Shown one piece after another: positions 23,601 to 35,300 of a stretch of DNA of 64,000 nucleotides. A program made the translations under genes and the position numbers. The notes beneath the pieces are model-generated. The model did no database searches, was not told the DNA's origin, and saw only the letters and a list, made by a program, of their open reading frames with translations. How positions within the stretch are numbered: position 1 is the stretch's first letter; every line of letters begins with the position of its first letter. Source of the DNA: Phoronis australis (Eukaryota; Animalia; Phoronida); assembly GCA_002633005.1 (NCBI GenBank), contig NMRA01000497.1:84883-148882 (forward strand), given 5' to 3'.

Positions 23601-25689
23601 CTATTATGTTGGGACGTACACTTTGGGCTATCTTTGTTTTTGAAATTCTTGTTTCTACTGATGAAATAGGTAAGCTGACATACCAGCACTCCAGATTTCC
23701 AGTGTTGTGGGGCATGGCTGGTCTCGTACTATGCATTTCTTGCTTGCCGATCCGTCTCTATTTTTATCGGTTTAAAATTTCAACCTTCACAGGTAGGCTC
23801 ACTATTTCTTTAGCTATTTACGTCACGTGTGTGTTTTTCCCTGTTAGATCGACTACCCGGAGATTGTGGAGGGCGTAGGGCCTCGTCACAGATTTATGGC
23901 GGCTTACGAACAAAAGGTCGAACCTCCGGACAGAAAGTGGCAGTACTTGCTGTTTGCTGCAGAACCGTACGAAACCATAGCATTTAAAGTGAGTTCAGTC
24001 ACGTGACTTTGTAATCCGCATAAAACTATAATAGCACGGTTCGTTCTGTCAAAGTAGCGAAGCATTTTATTTAGAACCTTTACTTCAGTCTATAAAGTGA
24101 TCTCAGATCATTATTTGGTGTTGTGAGGATTGGTTTGTGATCATTGAGTTTGTGCTCTAGACCATCCTCCAGCCTTGGCGCTTAAAATGACAAAGCGTGT
24201 TTATTGGTGGAGCTTGGTTGGAATTAATAACGAACTCTCAAAGTATTTCCAAACCTAAGAGTCAACCAGAATTTTTTAACCGAACGAAGTAAAATCATAA
24301 CTTAATAGATGATCTAAATCGAAAGTTACTTTTTGATAGAAGCGCAAATAAATGATTCAATTAATTTTAGGTGAAATTTTGTGACATTTATTGCCCTCAA
24401 AGGTTTATTCCTATGAGTACCACTCATAGGCAGATCCGGGGGGTCAAGGGAGTCCCGACCCCCCCTTTTTCCTTTGATTTTAGTGAATTAGATATCAAAT
24501 CTAGAATTTTCAAGTTGACTTGGACCATACATTTTTTTAAAAATCTTTGATCCAACCATCCTTTTTTGAAAAATCCTGGATCTGCCCTTGCCACTGTTGT
24601 AAAGCATGTATTTTAATTGAAAGGCAAATCTACTGATGACTTATAACTTGCTTTGTGTTAGGTACCCAGTCGAGAAGTTGACAAAGATGGGAAGAAACTT
24701 TGGCAGCACTGGAACAAAGAGACTAGACAAGTAAGAAGTTTGAGCCATGTAATATGGTCCTTTTGTTTTGTTTGAAGTAGAGTAAAAATTGTGGATAAAC
24801 ATAGCGCTCATCAATTTTGATGTTCTTGTCATTTAGCTAATCTCAAATAATTGGTTAGTGACTTGGAATGTCCAGCTTCATTAAAGTGTGCATACCAGTT
24901 GAATTTTCAGAAAGCACCTGTGTTTATGTTATTGAAGAGCGTTATTATTTTATGCTTGGCATGTAAACCTGCGTGAAGTGTATTACATTGTTGTGCTGTA
25001 TTCCTGACACAGTCGTCCTGTGTATTTTTGCAGTACTTCATGCAGTTTGCCTTTAAACACGACCCTAAGGCAGCGGCAGCATCAACAACACCAGCGGAAC
25101 CTCCCAAGTCTGAAGCTCCTGCGAAAACTACAACATCAAGCCAGCCCAGCACTGGCCCACCTCCCAACTTACCCCCGCCACCCGGTCCTCCCTCATTCCC
25201 ACATCCCCCACCGTCAAGGTTTGGGATGCCTCCTCCACCGCCAATGCACGGTCCTCCTCGTGGAGTTCCAATGTTCCGAGGACCACCACCACCCCCTGGT
25301 GGTCCTATGCCGCCCCCTGGAGGTCCTATGCCGCCCCCTGGAGGTCCTATGCCGCCCCCAGGAGGTCCNNNNNNNNNNNNNNNNNNNNNNNNNNNNNNNN
25401 NNNNNNNNNNNNNNNNNNNNNNNNNNNNNNNNNNNNNNNNNNNNNNNNNNNNNNNNNNNNNNNNNNNNNNNNNNNNNNNNNNNNNNNNNNNNNNNNNNNN
25501 NNNNNNNNNNNNNNNNNNNNNNNNNNNNNNNNNNNNNNNNNNNNNNNNNNNNNNNNNNNNNNNNNNNNNNNNNNNNNNNNNNNNNNNNNNNNCCCTCCCC
25601 CTGTCCCCCCTCCAGGTGTGCCCTCGTCAGCTCCACCCCCACTGGCACCACCTCCGCCTCCTCCGTCTAATACTTTTACTGGCTCCTGA
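20607..25689 (+). CDS. SF3A2: Splicing factor 3A subunit 2 (SF3a66/SAP62/Prp11 ortholog)
   Basis: Exons 20607-20732 (MDFQHRAGGKTGTGGVASASDANRDRRERLRQLALETIDINK), 21189-21260 (DPYFMKNHLGSYECKLCLTLHNNE), 21825-21871 (GSYLAHTQGKKHQAN), 22686-22845 (FVKIGRPGYKVTKQRDPESGQQSLLFQ), 23848-23988 (IDYPEI...PRHRFMAAYEQKVEPPDRKWQYLLFAAEPYETIAFK), 24662-24730, 25034-25689 (Pro-rich tail, N gap inside, stop TGA 25687-25689 inferred from the Pro-rich frame after the gap). Matrin-type zinc finger is near-identical to SF3A2 as I know it. Confidence 0.97.
20885..20942. mobile_element. ~60-bp hairpin mini-element, copy 3 (more diverged)
   Basis: GATTTTGAGATCCAGTTGATTTCCGTTATTCAGTGGAGAAAAGTGCTCAAAAT. Confidence 0.65.
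23257..23485. repeat. ~47-bp minisatellite x5 in an SF3A2 intron
   Basis: GCTAGTGTGCTGGTAGAGTGCGC.ACT units at 23257, 23304, 23351, 23397, 23444. Confidence 0.9.
24425..24590. mobile_element. MITE with CA(T/A)(A/G)GGCAGATCC inverted termini
   Basis: CATAGGCAGATCC ... GGATCTGCCCTTG flanked by CCACT on both sides; related copy at ~18829-18993. Confidence 0.7.
25369..25592. other. Assembly gap inside the SF3A2 coding tandem repeat
   Basis: Run of N; other Ns at 44602-44625, 19907 and 32224. Confidence 0.99.
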
Positions 25690-27534
25690 GTTTGAGTGTC
25701 ATTGTGAAAAATGCTGCGCAGTTGTTTTTTCAACTAGTTTCCTCGACTAAAAGTGTATTACCTGAATGTCGGATAACACTAACCGATGCTTTGATCCGTT
25801 TCCATGACAAAAGAGAAATTTTGTGTTTCTGTATTTCATGGAAACTCTAAAGCCACCAGCACAGCCATCAGAAGTACATGTTAGATTGAGATTATGCAGT
25901 GAAGTAGTCTTCGTAACGTCACCCAATGGGATGTCGAAATTCACAGAATGAAGTTAGTGAGACAAAGGTCTTGACATACATGTAGAAATGGATGTATTCA
26001 GGCTGCATAGGGCCCCGTGCTGATGAGCTTTGTTCTCTCCGTCACATCAAATGTAAAAGCAAGAAAATTTTCTTCATGAGCGCCCCCCAGTGATTATTGT
26101 GTTGCCAATTATTAGTTGGACAGCTTGCCCCTAACGTCATGTATTCCAGTGTAAAGTTGGCGAGTTTTACGTCATTGAATGTGTTGTTCGCTGGATTTCA
26201 AGCTTCAGATCTGTTTTCATACAATTTTAATAAACCATGTATAATTTCTTTTAGAGATGTTATTATATTTGAACAGTGCAGTATTTCATCAATCTCATCT
26301 TGTTGAATGAGGGTTTGTGGTGGTGATGTAGCACAAACCAAGGGAATGGATTCATATGTGTTACTCAGTGAGCTGGTTGGTTGACAATCTTCATAAGGCA
26401 ATATTTTCAGTTCATGTCTGTCACCAGGCTGTTAGGGTTTTTGCAGCTCCGACATTCAAGTGACATCAACCATGTCTGTTACAATGTTTAAAAAACAATC
26501 TGATGAACGTCATTTTCTTAAATCTCTTCCTTTTGCAAGAGAAAAGTCCAATTTCGATTTCACACAGTATGCTCCTGACATGCCATTTGCTCAATTTTGG
26601 GTTTGGTAAAGTAACATATTTGGGAGATGAAACTACTAACAAAGTGCGACCACTTCTGGTAATTCGTTTGTGCATGTAATTGATCCATGAATTTAACTGC
26701 AGAATAATGAACTAACAGCATTGTTTTCACGCCGGTAAGCAAGTTTGTCTACTCAAGGAAGAATTTTTGACGACATTAATTTTGTGTCGTATTGTATGTT
26801 GCTCACGTTTTACCCAGATCAACCCTTAGCTGCAAATTTATACTCCTCTGTACCAAGGCTGGTTGTTGTTACCATGGAAATGGTGTAATCATAAGTTGCC
26901 GTTTGATGCAGTAGTTTGCAGCAAAATAGAAATACTCTGGTCTACAGCTGCTAGAATGTAAACCAATTATTCATCTACCTACAAAACACAGTATGGCAGA
27001 CGACTGAAATTTTTTTGTTAATTTTTTTCGACGAAAACTGTATTTTATAAAGTTCTAGTTAATTATTGGGGTATACCCTGTATGAATTTTAAAATGACCC
27101 ACTGGTAAAGTTTCTATTACTAGCTTCAAGTTAATTGACTTAAGGTTTGAAAATAGAACTTTCGGCAGGTGTTCTAATACTGCTGACTCCTACCATGGGC
27201 GTTTCATTCCTTCCAGAAATTATTGTTTAAATAAGATGCGACTTTTGCACACATCCTAAATTCACACGTCCTAGATCCACACATCCTAGACATTATGTTG
27301 ACTGAACTACAGTGCAAATATGTTTCATTAGAATATATCTTTGTTTAACACTAATGCCCTTTTGCAAGAGGTCAAGTCCAAAAGACTACCATGACAAGAG
27401 TGCCTGTTTGATAATTCGCAGACTCTCATGGCATGACCAGAGAGAATTGCAATTATTTTCTAATTGAGAAATCTGTGTCTGGTGTTAAGAAATGACTTGG
27501 TTGACAAATTATTTTTTATTTTGAGGCATGAATT

Positions 27535-27705
27535 CAAGTGTAGTAAAACTTGCATAAGGTGGAGATTACCATATCAAGATTTTATCTGCGTAAGCGAAAT
27601 CCCACATCTCTGAAGGGTTGAGTAACTGTACTGCGAAACTTTATCAGAGTTCAACAAAAGTCCGCCTTGGTCATGTCCAACTTATGCAAGTTTTATTATA
27701 CTTGC
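27535..27705. repeat. Inverted repeat, ~170-bp hairpin or MITE
   Basis: TAGTAAAACTTGCATAAGGTGGAGATTACCA vs TGGTCATGTCCAACTTATGCAAGTTTTATTA. Confidence 0.7.
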
Positions 27706-29353
27706 AAGAGACGTCGATGACATACATTGCACTTGACTTAATTACAGTCGGATTAGACTGAAGTTGTATAAATGACTTAAAACATAATTATGAAGACTCC
27801 TATCAAAGGTGAGGTGAGAGTAAGTCTGACGTTACAGCAACTACAGGGAAATCATATCTTCAGATGTGTGAATATGAAAGCCTACCTTCAACGGTAACAC
27901 ATGTAAATTTGGTTACTACAGTATGTTAAGAGCATCACTCTGAGCCCACTAACACCATAAAATGCCAAATGTAACGAACTGTTAGGCATATTAGCTTGCT
28001 TTTGTCTACGTCACCGCGATAATCATCTTTTAATTCAAACAACTGCGAATAACACCCACATGCAATGGTGTTCTATTCAGACTCCTATTCAATACTTATA
28101 CAACCTTTTGTTGTTTGTGCTGGGATCTCGCAGTGACGCAACATGGCATGAAAAGGCAGCTTCACTTATCATTTGACGGGCTTACATTTGGGTGATTGAA
28201 TTCACGTTTTTTTTTTATTTTACTAAGGCTATGGTAGGGTTATCTGGTTAGCCTAATACATCTAAAGTATCAAAAATTCCGTTGAAGTTAGGCTTTAAAC
28301 ACCACTCAATGATTGACAGTCTGCTTCAAAAGATAATATACAGAGTCACACAAAGAACAACTGTTAAAAATAACTCTTCCCTCAAAGAACACAGCGTTCT
28401 TTAGGTCGTGAGGAGTAATTTCAGATGGTTGACTCTCGCGGTTCAAAAATGCACCATCCTTAATGGAAAAGTCCAGACAAATACACAAAAAATATTAAAA
28501 TAAATGATAAATAAAAAACAATGATAAAGCTTCTACTGGCAAAATAGACAAGATGTACAAATATAAGAAGAAAGTCAATAAAATTTAGCTAATCTGGTAA
28601 TCACCGCCCTTCATCAGTGGGGACACAAAGAAAGATGACCGCTCAAGAGACAAAAATTTCACAGCAAAATTTTTAACTTGTTCAATCTTTAGTTTCTTGA
28701 CTGCTGTTACTATTTTCCACAATTTCGCTCACACCAATTTGACGACCCTTGCATCAGAACTACTGCACATTACACGCAATCAGACAAAATGGCATCCTTT
28801 CAGCCAACTCTAAAATTTTTTCACTTTGTCAGCCTTCTGCTATTAATGACAAACAGCAACCGTGACAACGAATTTCACCTGCGCCGGCCTTAATGACCGG
28901 AAATCGAGGCTGATTCAGATATCACGATGGGGGAATTCTGGATCATTTTGTCCGATTACTCGCAGTGTGTAATGAATCAAAACCTTGATCTTTACGTAAC
29001 ATCATTTAGACTGATTTTCAGGTGATTACACAACCACTGACTAGGACAGTGATGCTCAAAACCATAGCATATTTCTAAGCACCGTCACAACAAACTAATT
29101 CTCAGTATGTCCAAGCACAGCTTAACATCTCGATGAAAAATTCTGAGGAAGAGTTGGAAACGGGCAACTTTGGCCCACAACATCCCTCGAATGCTACAAC
29201 ATCCAAGAAAATTTTACTCTGATTGTACAACGCATAGTCCTTTCACACTTGATTTTCTATTTTCGAGATCATACTGAGAACTACCTTTGTATAACGGACA
29301 GCTATTTCTCACATGATGGACGTGTATGTGATGAGAAATAACAATGGATCCTA

Positions 29354-32300
29354 TCACCGGTCACTGCCATCCTCTGAAGGAATGGTTACATTGTTGCCTA
29401 GCAACTTGTCAGTGTTATGCCAGGCAATGGTAATTTCTCTGTTCAGATCTTCATAACACTGGCCAAGACGGTGTAATAAACTCTGACTGTCCATTTTCTC
29501 GGTTAGATCCTTCACACTCAGCTTCTGATCAAAGTTTGAAACTAGGTCGTTATTCTCGTCTCGGCAGTTTTCTGTTGACATATGCTTTACCAGCATTCCA
29601 TGACATTCCCTTCAACAAATTAAACACCACATTAATTTACATGAATTAGTAAGCTTGGCAAATGCTTGGCACAAATTAACTTAAACTAGAAAGTATTCAG
29701 AGGGCACCGACCTCTGTTTCAGACATTACAGTACCCCTAAAGTGATTACCATTGAATGTTGAATTGATAATTTTGCTTCAAGTGCTTAAAACTACCATAT
29801 ACCTTGTTTTGACACGTGACTACAATGTCGGCACTATTAAACCTTTCTTTACAGCACTGCATATCACTACTGTTAATCCATGAAACTCGATACAAGAAAA
29901 TAGAAGAAATAAAACTCTCATTGAAAGTTTCTTAGCTCCACGGACATGAGTGTGACTTATGAGGTAACCCGGCACCAATGTGTTATGTCCACCAACACTC
30001 AAGTTTCTTGAGCAAACTTGTGCCATATCTGCGTTTCTCTGATGTCTTGTGGGAAAGTGAAGATTCACAGCATCCTCAAAGACTGAGTTGTTACAAGCAC
30101 TACAAATGCAATGCCTCACCATTCTTAATTATCCATAAACCATGGGAAACCGAGCAGCAATATCTGTCTACTTTTCACACTAAACACAATGAAGGATGAA
30201 TTGCAAGGTTACGCAAGACTTTGCGAGATATCGTATTGCATTGCAAGCAAAGCGCCTGACCACACTAGCTTGCGTCTACGAAACTCCGCCAACACCGTCA
30301 CGCTCCATTACAAGGTGATGGAAACAGCAACTACTTCAAATCTTTTAGAAACCACCATATTGCAACCTTCACCACTGACCTGATGTCTGTGAGTAACTGG
30401 GTCATTTGACGACACCTGACTTGAGTGTCCCCTGCCAGCCGAAACACTTGCTCCCATGCCTCGCGGTGGTCCATTAAGTATGACTCGGTGACAGACCGCA
30501 GCTCCCTCTCCTGGCTGACCTTAGCCTTCAGAAGACCGGTTTCCTCATAAGCCTAAAACGTATAAGAGAAGCCTGACTAAACTGTAGCGTAGTCGACTCC
30601 CAAAAAACTTTTTGAAAAATAATTAGAGCTCACTTGAGCAAAAATGCAGTCTCTGAGAATACACACGGAACTGAGATAAATTGTATCAATTATTTCTAGA
30701 CTCATAATTACTTGGCTAAACTTTTATTCACCAATTGTGAACTGGAAGCGTAAGATCAAATTTCTGTCTTATAAGATTATGCAGGACCTCATCGACAAGA
30801 CTACAAAATAGCTAAACATCTACAAATTTCTAAAATTTAACTCTCCAAAAGTAAAAATTGTGTAAAGTTTGATTTTTGATTTTAAACCAATCTGCCATTA
30901 ATTGGGCCACATGGCCACACATTTTCGTAAACTTTAGTAAAAAAGAATGGTTCACTCATTTATAGCAAAACAACATGATCAATAACATGAGCGAATTTCA
31001 TAAGCTAAAACCTCAAAAACACTGTAATTACAGTTTTCTAAATTATCGTATCGTTTTAGTTTCAAGCAACAATACTATTTTTCATAAAAATCACTCTTAC
31101 TTTATGATAGCCCCTCATGCAGAAGTGGAAATTTTAAAATAATTCTTAAAAAAAATTTAGAGAACAATGCATAAAGCGCAAAACCCAAAAATTTCACGTG
31201 AATCCGACCGACCATTTCTGAGATGTGATGTTCCAAAGTTGGCCAAAACTGGAATTTTTTTTGGGCCCTACATAGGCTTAAAAGCCACTCTGACATAAAA
31301 ATGAAATGAAGAGTGAAAAAATTCCAAACCACTCATCTCGGGGGAGTGAGGGCAGAGCGAGAGAAAGCAAAAATTAGACAGCCTCACCTGTTGTAACCTT
31401 ATCGCCATCTCCTGCATTTCGCTCTCTAGTTTGTCAGCGTACGCCTGCTCCAGGTCATGTGATGCTGGCCGGACATTACTGTGCCACCGGGCTATAGCGT
31501 TCGTCATTTTACGCCTAGGACCCAATAACCTGACAAAAAATTTCGTGGGTTAAATTACATTATGTTAAAATCTAGCGTGGTTCTGATGTGCCCCTGGGAC
31601 ACTTTAAAACATGACTGTACTTCTGTAACTGTTAGAAGAAAAATCTGGAATCACGTGTCTTTCTTCTGTTATCCCTACCAACCAATACTTTAGTATGCTA
31701 TCAACTACACTTAGGTGCTACCTGGTTTGTTTCTACTATCACAGTTGATCAAAATTACATTATATTGTGTTTAGTTTTCAAACACAGAAAGAAAAATGGA
31801 AACTGAGAATGTGCGAAAGCTTCACTGCAGGACTACAACAATTTCCAGCCATATGTAATCAATAAACTGAGTGGGTGAATAATGGAGAAATTTCCATCCT
31901 CTAAATTCTTTCTCCTCTCTTAGCCTTTCATTACTGCATCAATTCTAACTTGTAGCTTTAGACTGTAACTTCTAAGAAACTCTTCAATTTCGAGGATTAT
32001 TACTACAGCTGGAGGCTTGCACTAGAAGTAGACTAGTACCCTCTACATACAGTCAATATTCACATTATTTAGCTAATGGTTGATATACATGACAGGCTCA
32101 CCCGATGCCGACTTCCTTGAGATCGTTATCAGTGAGAGACAAAAACACCTGCAAATCGACATCCTGCTCCTCAAATATTGGCAGATACTTCAGGAGCCCC
32201 TGTTCAGCAATGAGCTCTTGTAANATCCTGAGGACGGTTCTGCAATATGCGTTGTTGTTCTTCAAGTATTTTGTCATTGGTCATTCCACCTCTGCTCAAC

Positions 32301-35300
32301 ACATCCGTGCCCGACTCTCTCCTGGAATTTGCATACTCAGGCTTCTGTGTAGTCCTATGTTCATCGATAGTCACACTTTTGACTTTGGCACAATCCACTG
32401 TTTCCACAGGGGGTGGTCTACAGCTTGGTTTCAGACTAGATTTCTGCACTTCTTTGGTTGGTGTTGGCGGAGACAAACCGAAGGCACCAGCCAGGCCTCC
32501 GCTGGAGCTGCTGGAGCTGCTGATCACCGTGGCGACGGCAGTCTGTGTGAACGCATTGTCCTCTTCATCTGCTTCAGCCGAGTCTGTTAACACGACAATC
32601 TCATTCAATATAAACATAATTATGAGTCGCCTATTACAACGAAGATTGCAGTTTAAAAAATTGCATGTCCACGTGTGCGCAATAGTTTACCTAAAGTTAT
32701 GTTAGCATCTAGATATCTGCAAAACTGTGAGAAAGTGAATTGTCAAAGTCATTGTAGAAGACAGGTTACGCCAGCTCACCAACATCTGAGTAAAGAATCA
32801 AACTTCCCATGAAAAGATGAGAAACGAAATTTAAGTACAATATTCAAGTACAGAAGGCCAATCATTAATCAAACACCTACCCCTCAATATGGGTTAAGAC
32901 AAGACTGATAAGCGTTTGCTTCGACACTCGAGGTGCCAAACTTGATTTAGCAGACATGTCAAATTTTCAGTTGCTAGATCCGTATCTGACAAATAAGACG
33001 ACTTCATTCAAATCAGTGAAAATTTTTTAATTTAATGTTACTTCGAATCGAATCACGATCTTCGATATAAATACAATAAGTACCCAAAGTCACGTGTCCT
33101 TGCATTCTCTAACTGACCGTAACTGAAAAGAAGTTTCATTCCATGAGCTAAGACAAGTCTGAGGCATTGCTAATCAAGTGAGAATAACCTCGTCGAGTTT
33201 GTGAAAAAAATCAATACCTACTGAAAACTCGTAAAATCTTGACGTCTAACCGCAATTATTCTAAACTCAAAACCAATCGAAAATGGAAAAAAACAAGGAT
33301 TCAGCAACTAAACAAGAATTGTTCGTACTTCTACTGTCTTGAAGCGAAGCTGCATCTTTTCCACAGCTATCCAAGTGATCGTCTGCTGTTATGGGTGACG
33401 TGAAGTCTCTGAAGCAGATGTCCTTTGATGGAACGTTGCCTTCATCAAATGTTACGTAACCTTTAGGTATCACAGCTGTGAAATCAGTCAACAAAAATTA
33501 TGGCCTATTAATTCAAGGGATTTGTGTTGATATTCAATATGGGAGGTTGTCAGCCAGTAAACATTCGGTGATGACACCACAGATTAATTGTGGACATGTA
33601 ACTTGATTCATAATTTGCAGTTTAGGCGGTGATATTGGACTTCAGCGTGCCTCGACAATCTTCTGCGCAAAAGACTTCTTGATCCATTAACCTGACGTTT
33701 GACGCATTTTGATACTCACTCCCAATTTTCTAATTTTGCAAGATGATAACTTTATACTCTCACCAAACAGTTTGCTGCAGTGCACAGCTCTGGCGCATGC
33801 AAGTGTTTTTTCAGTCGTATTGTCTCAGGGCCCTTGTTGCCTTCAATTTGAGGCTGAATATCGACCCCATTCCTTAGCGAAAATATTTTAAAATAATGTG
33901 AAATTCCCCTCACCAGGTCCTGCAATGATTAAAAACTGGATTCACTTTTATACTAAAGTCACTTGAGGCATTGCCGATGAGGGTAACGGGGGTGGTGACC
34001 ATCACCCCTCAAACAAAAATTCCCCTCAGGGAAGACACAGGCACCTTTTTTCTCAGGTGAGCAAGGGCCACATGTTTACATGTCACCAAGTTATCTGTGA
34101 TACTAGATGTTTACAAGGCTAGGATCACACCAGTGCACTTGAATGACAGTAGCACAGCAAATGACATCCCAGACTTCTACACATTCACACTCACCTCGCC
34201 CTGTAGGATAAAAGTTCCATAGGCACTTGATTGGAAATAGTTACAACACACCCTTGAGTGCAAATTTATCATCACTGCACACAACTATACATTTTTGACT
34301 TGTGCAAGTGGTTTTCAGAAGACCTGTTGTAAATCACCAGAACAAATTATTCTTAACTCCATACAAAATGGTGTTACTAAAAGTTGAAACTGTCATCACT
34401 ACTCTGACAGAAAAAACTCATCTCAAGAGAAATGCAGCCATTTTCTGAATATTTTTGGTAACAGAGCAGATTGCTTCATAAAAACTTTCCATTTTACCTT
34501 AAGTTTGTAATTTTCAGTATAATCATGTTGGCACATTAAAAGAAGAAGAGTCTCGATATTACCTGCGTGTTGCCATGGGGCATCTGACCCAGATCCTTTT
34601 GGTCCAATCAAACGAGCTAATGCTTCTGGTCCTTCGCTTATACTGGGACCTGCAAGGACCACACACTGTGTTAAGAGTTCTGTGGCTGGTTCAATGAAAC
34701 AGTCCCAAATAGGGACTCAACTAAGGTCCCTAAGTCTTTTTGTATATTTGGGTCTTTATGGACTCACAGATATAATATTTTTCTACTACTTCATCTTTAC
34801 TGTGATCTCTTTTATTCAAGACATTTTGTATTACCTAAAAACTGAGCCCAGAGTTCATTGAAAATAAACAGGGACTCAGTCCTTAAATTGGGGGTATTGA
34901 ATGAAAAGATCCCTAATTATTTCGATAATATTGACAATTCAACGTAGAGTTCACTCTCGCAAAGTCAAAAGTTGACTTAGTAATGAAACTAAAACAATAC
35001 AAGAAAGGGCAATCGATGTTTTCACAAGTTCAAAAACATACAGTAAATTTTGGGAACATCGCTGAATCTCTATTTGGGACTGCTTCATGCAAGCGGGCAC
35101 TGATGAACATGGACAGAAAATTACCTTTGCTTGATCAAGATTCATGTTTTAACGCAGCCTACTGACAGAGCCATGTTTTATATTTAAGGAAAGTGACTGT
35201 CTGTGCAACACAAGATCTCGCAAGAGTTTCACCAGAAAGATCGAGGCATACATTGCAAATCGTAAATACTTTTTCGCACGAATGGTACAGAGAAAGCGCT

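Noticed and set aside
26010-26090. Possible hammerhead ribozyme (CTGATGAG...GAAA with a palindromic segment)
   Set aside because: Extra bases lie between stem II and GAAA, and no register gives both a UH cleavage site and paired stems I and III.
32204-32240. Apparent frameshift at the start of the ANKS3 SAM domain (pseudogene or programmed frameshift)
   Set aside because: It coincides with a single N at 32224; removing it restores PQDLQELIAEQGLLKYL, so it is most likely an assembly artefact.
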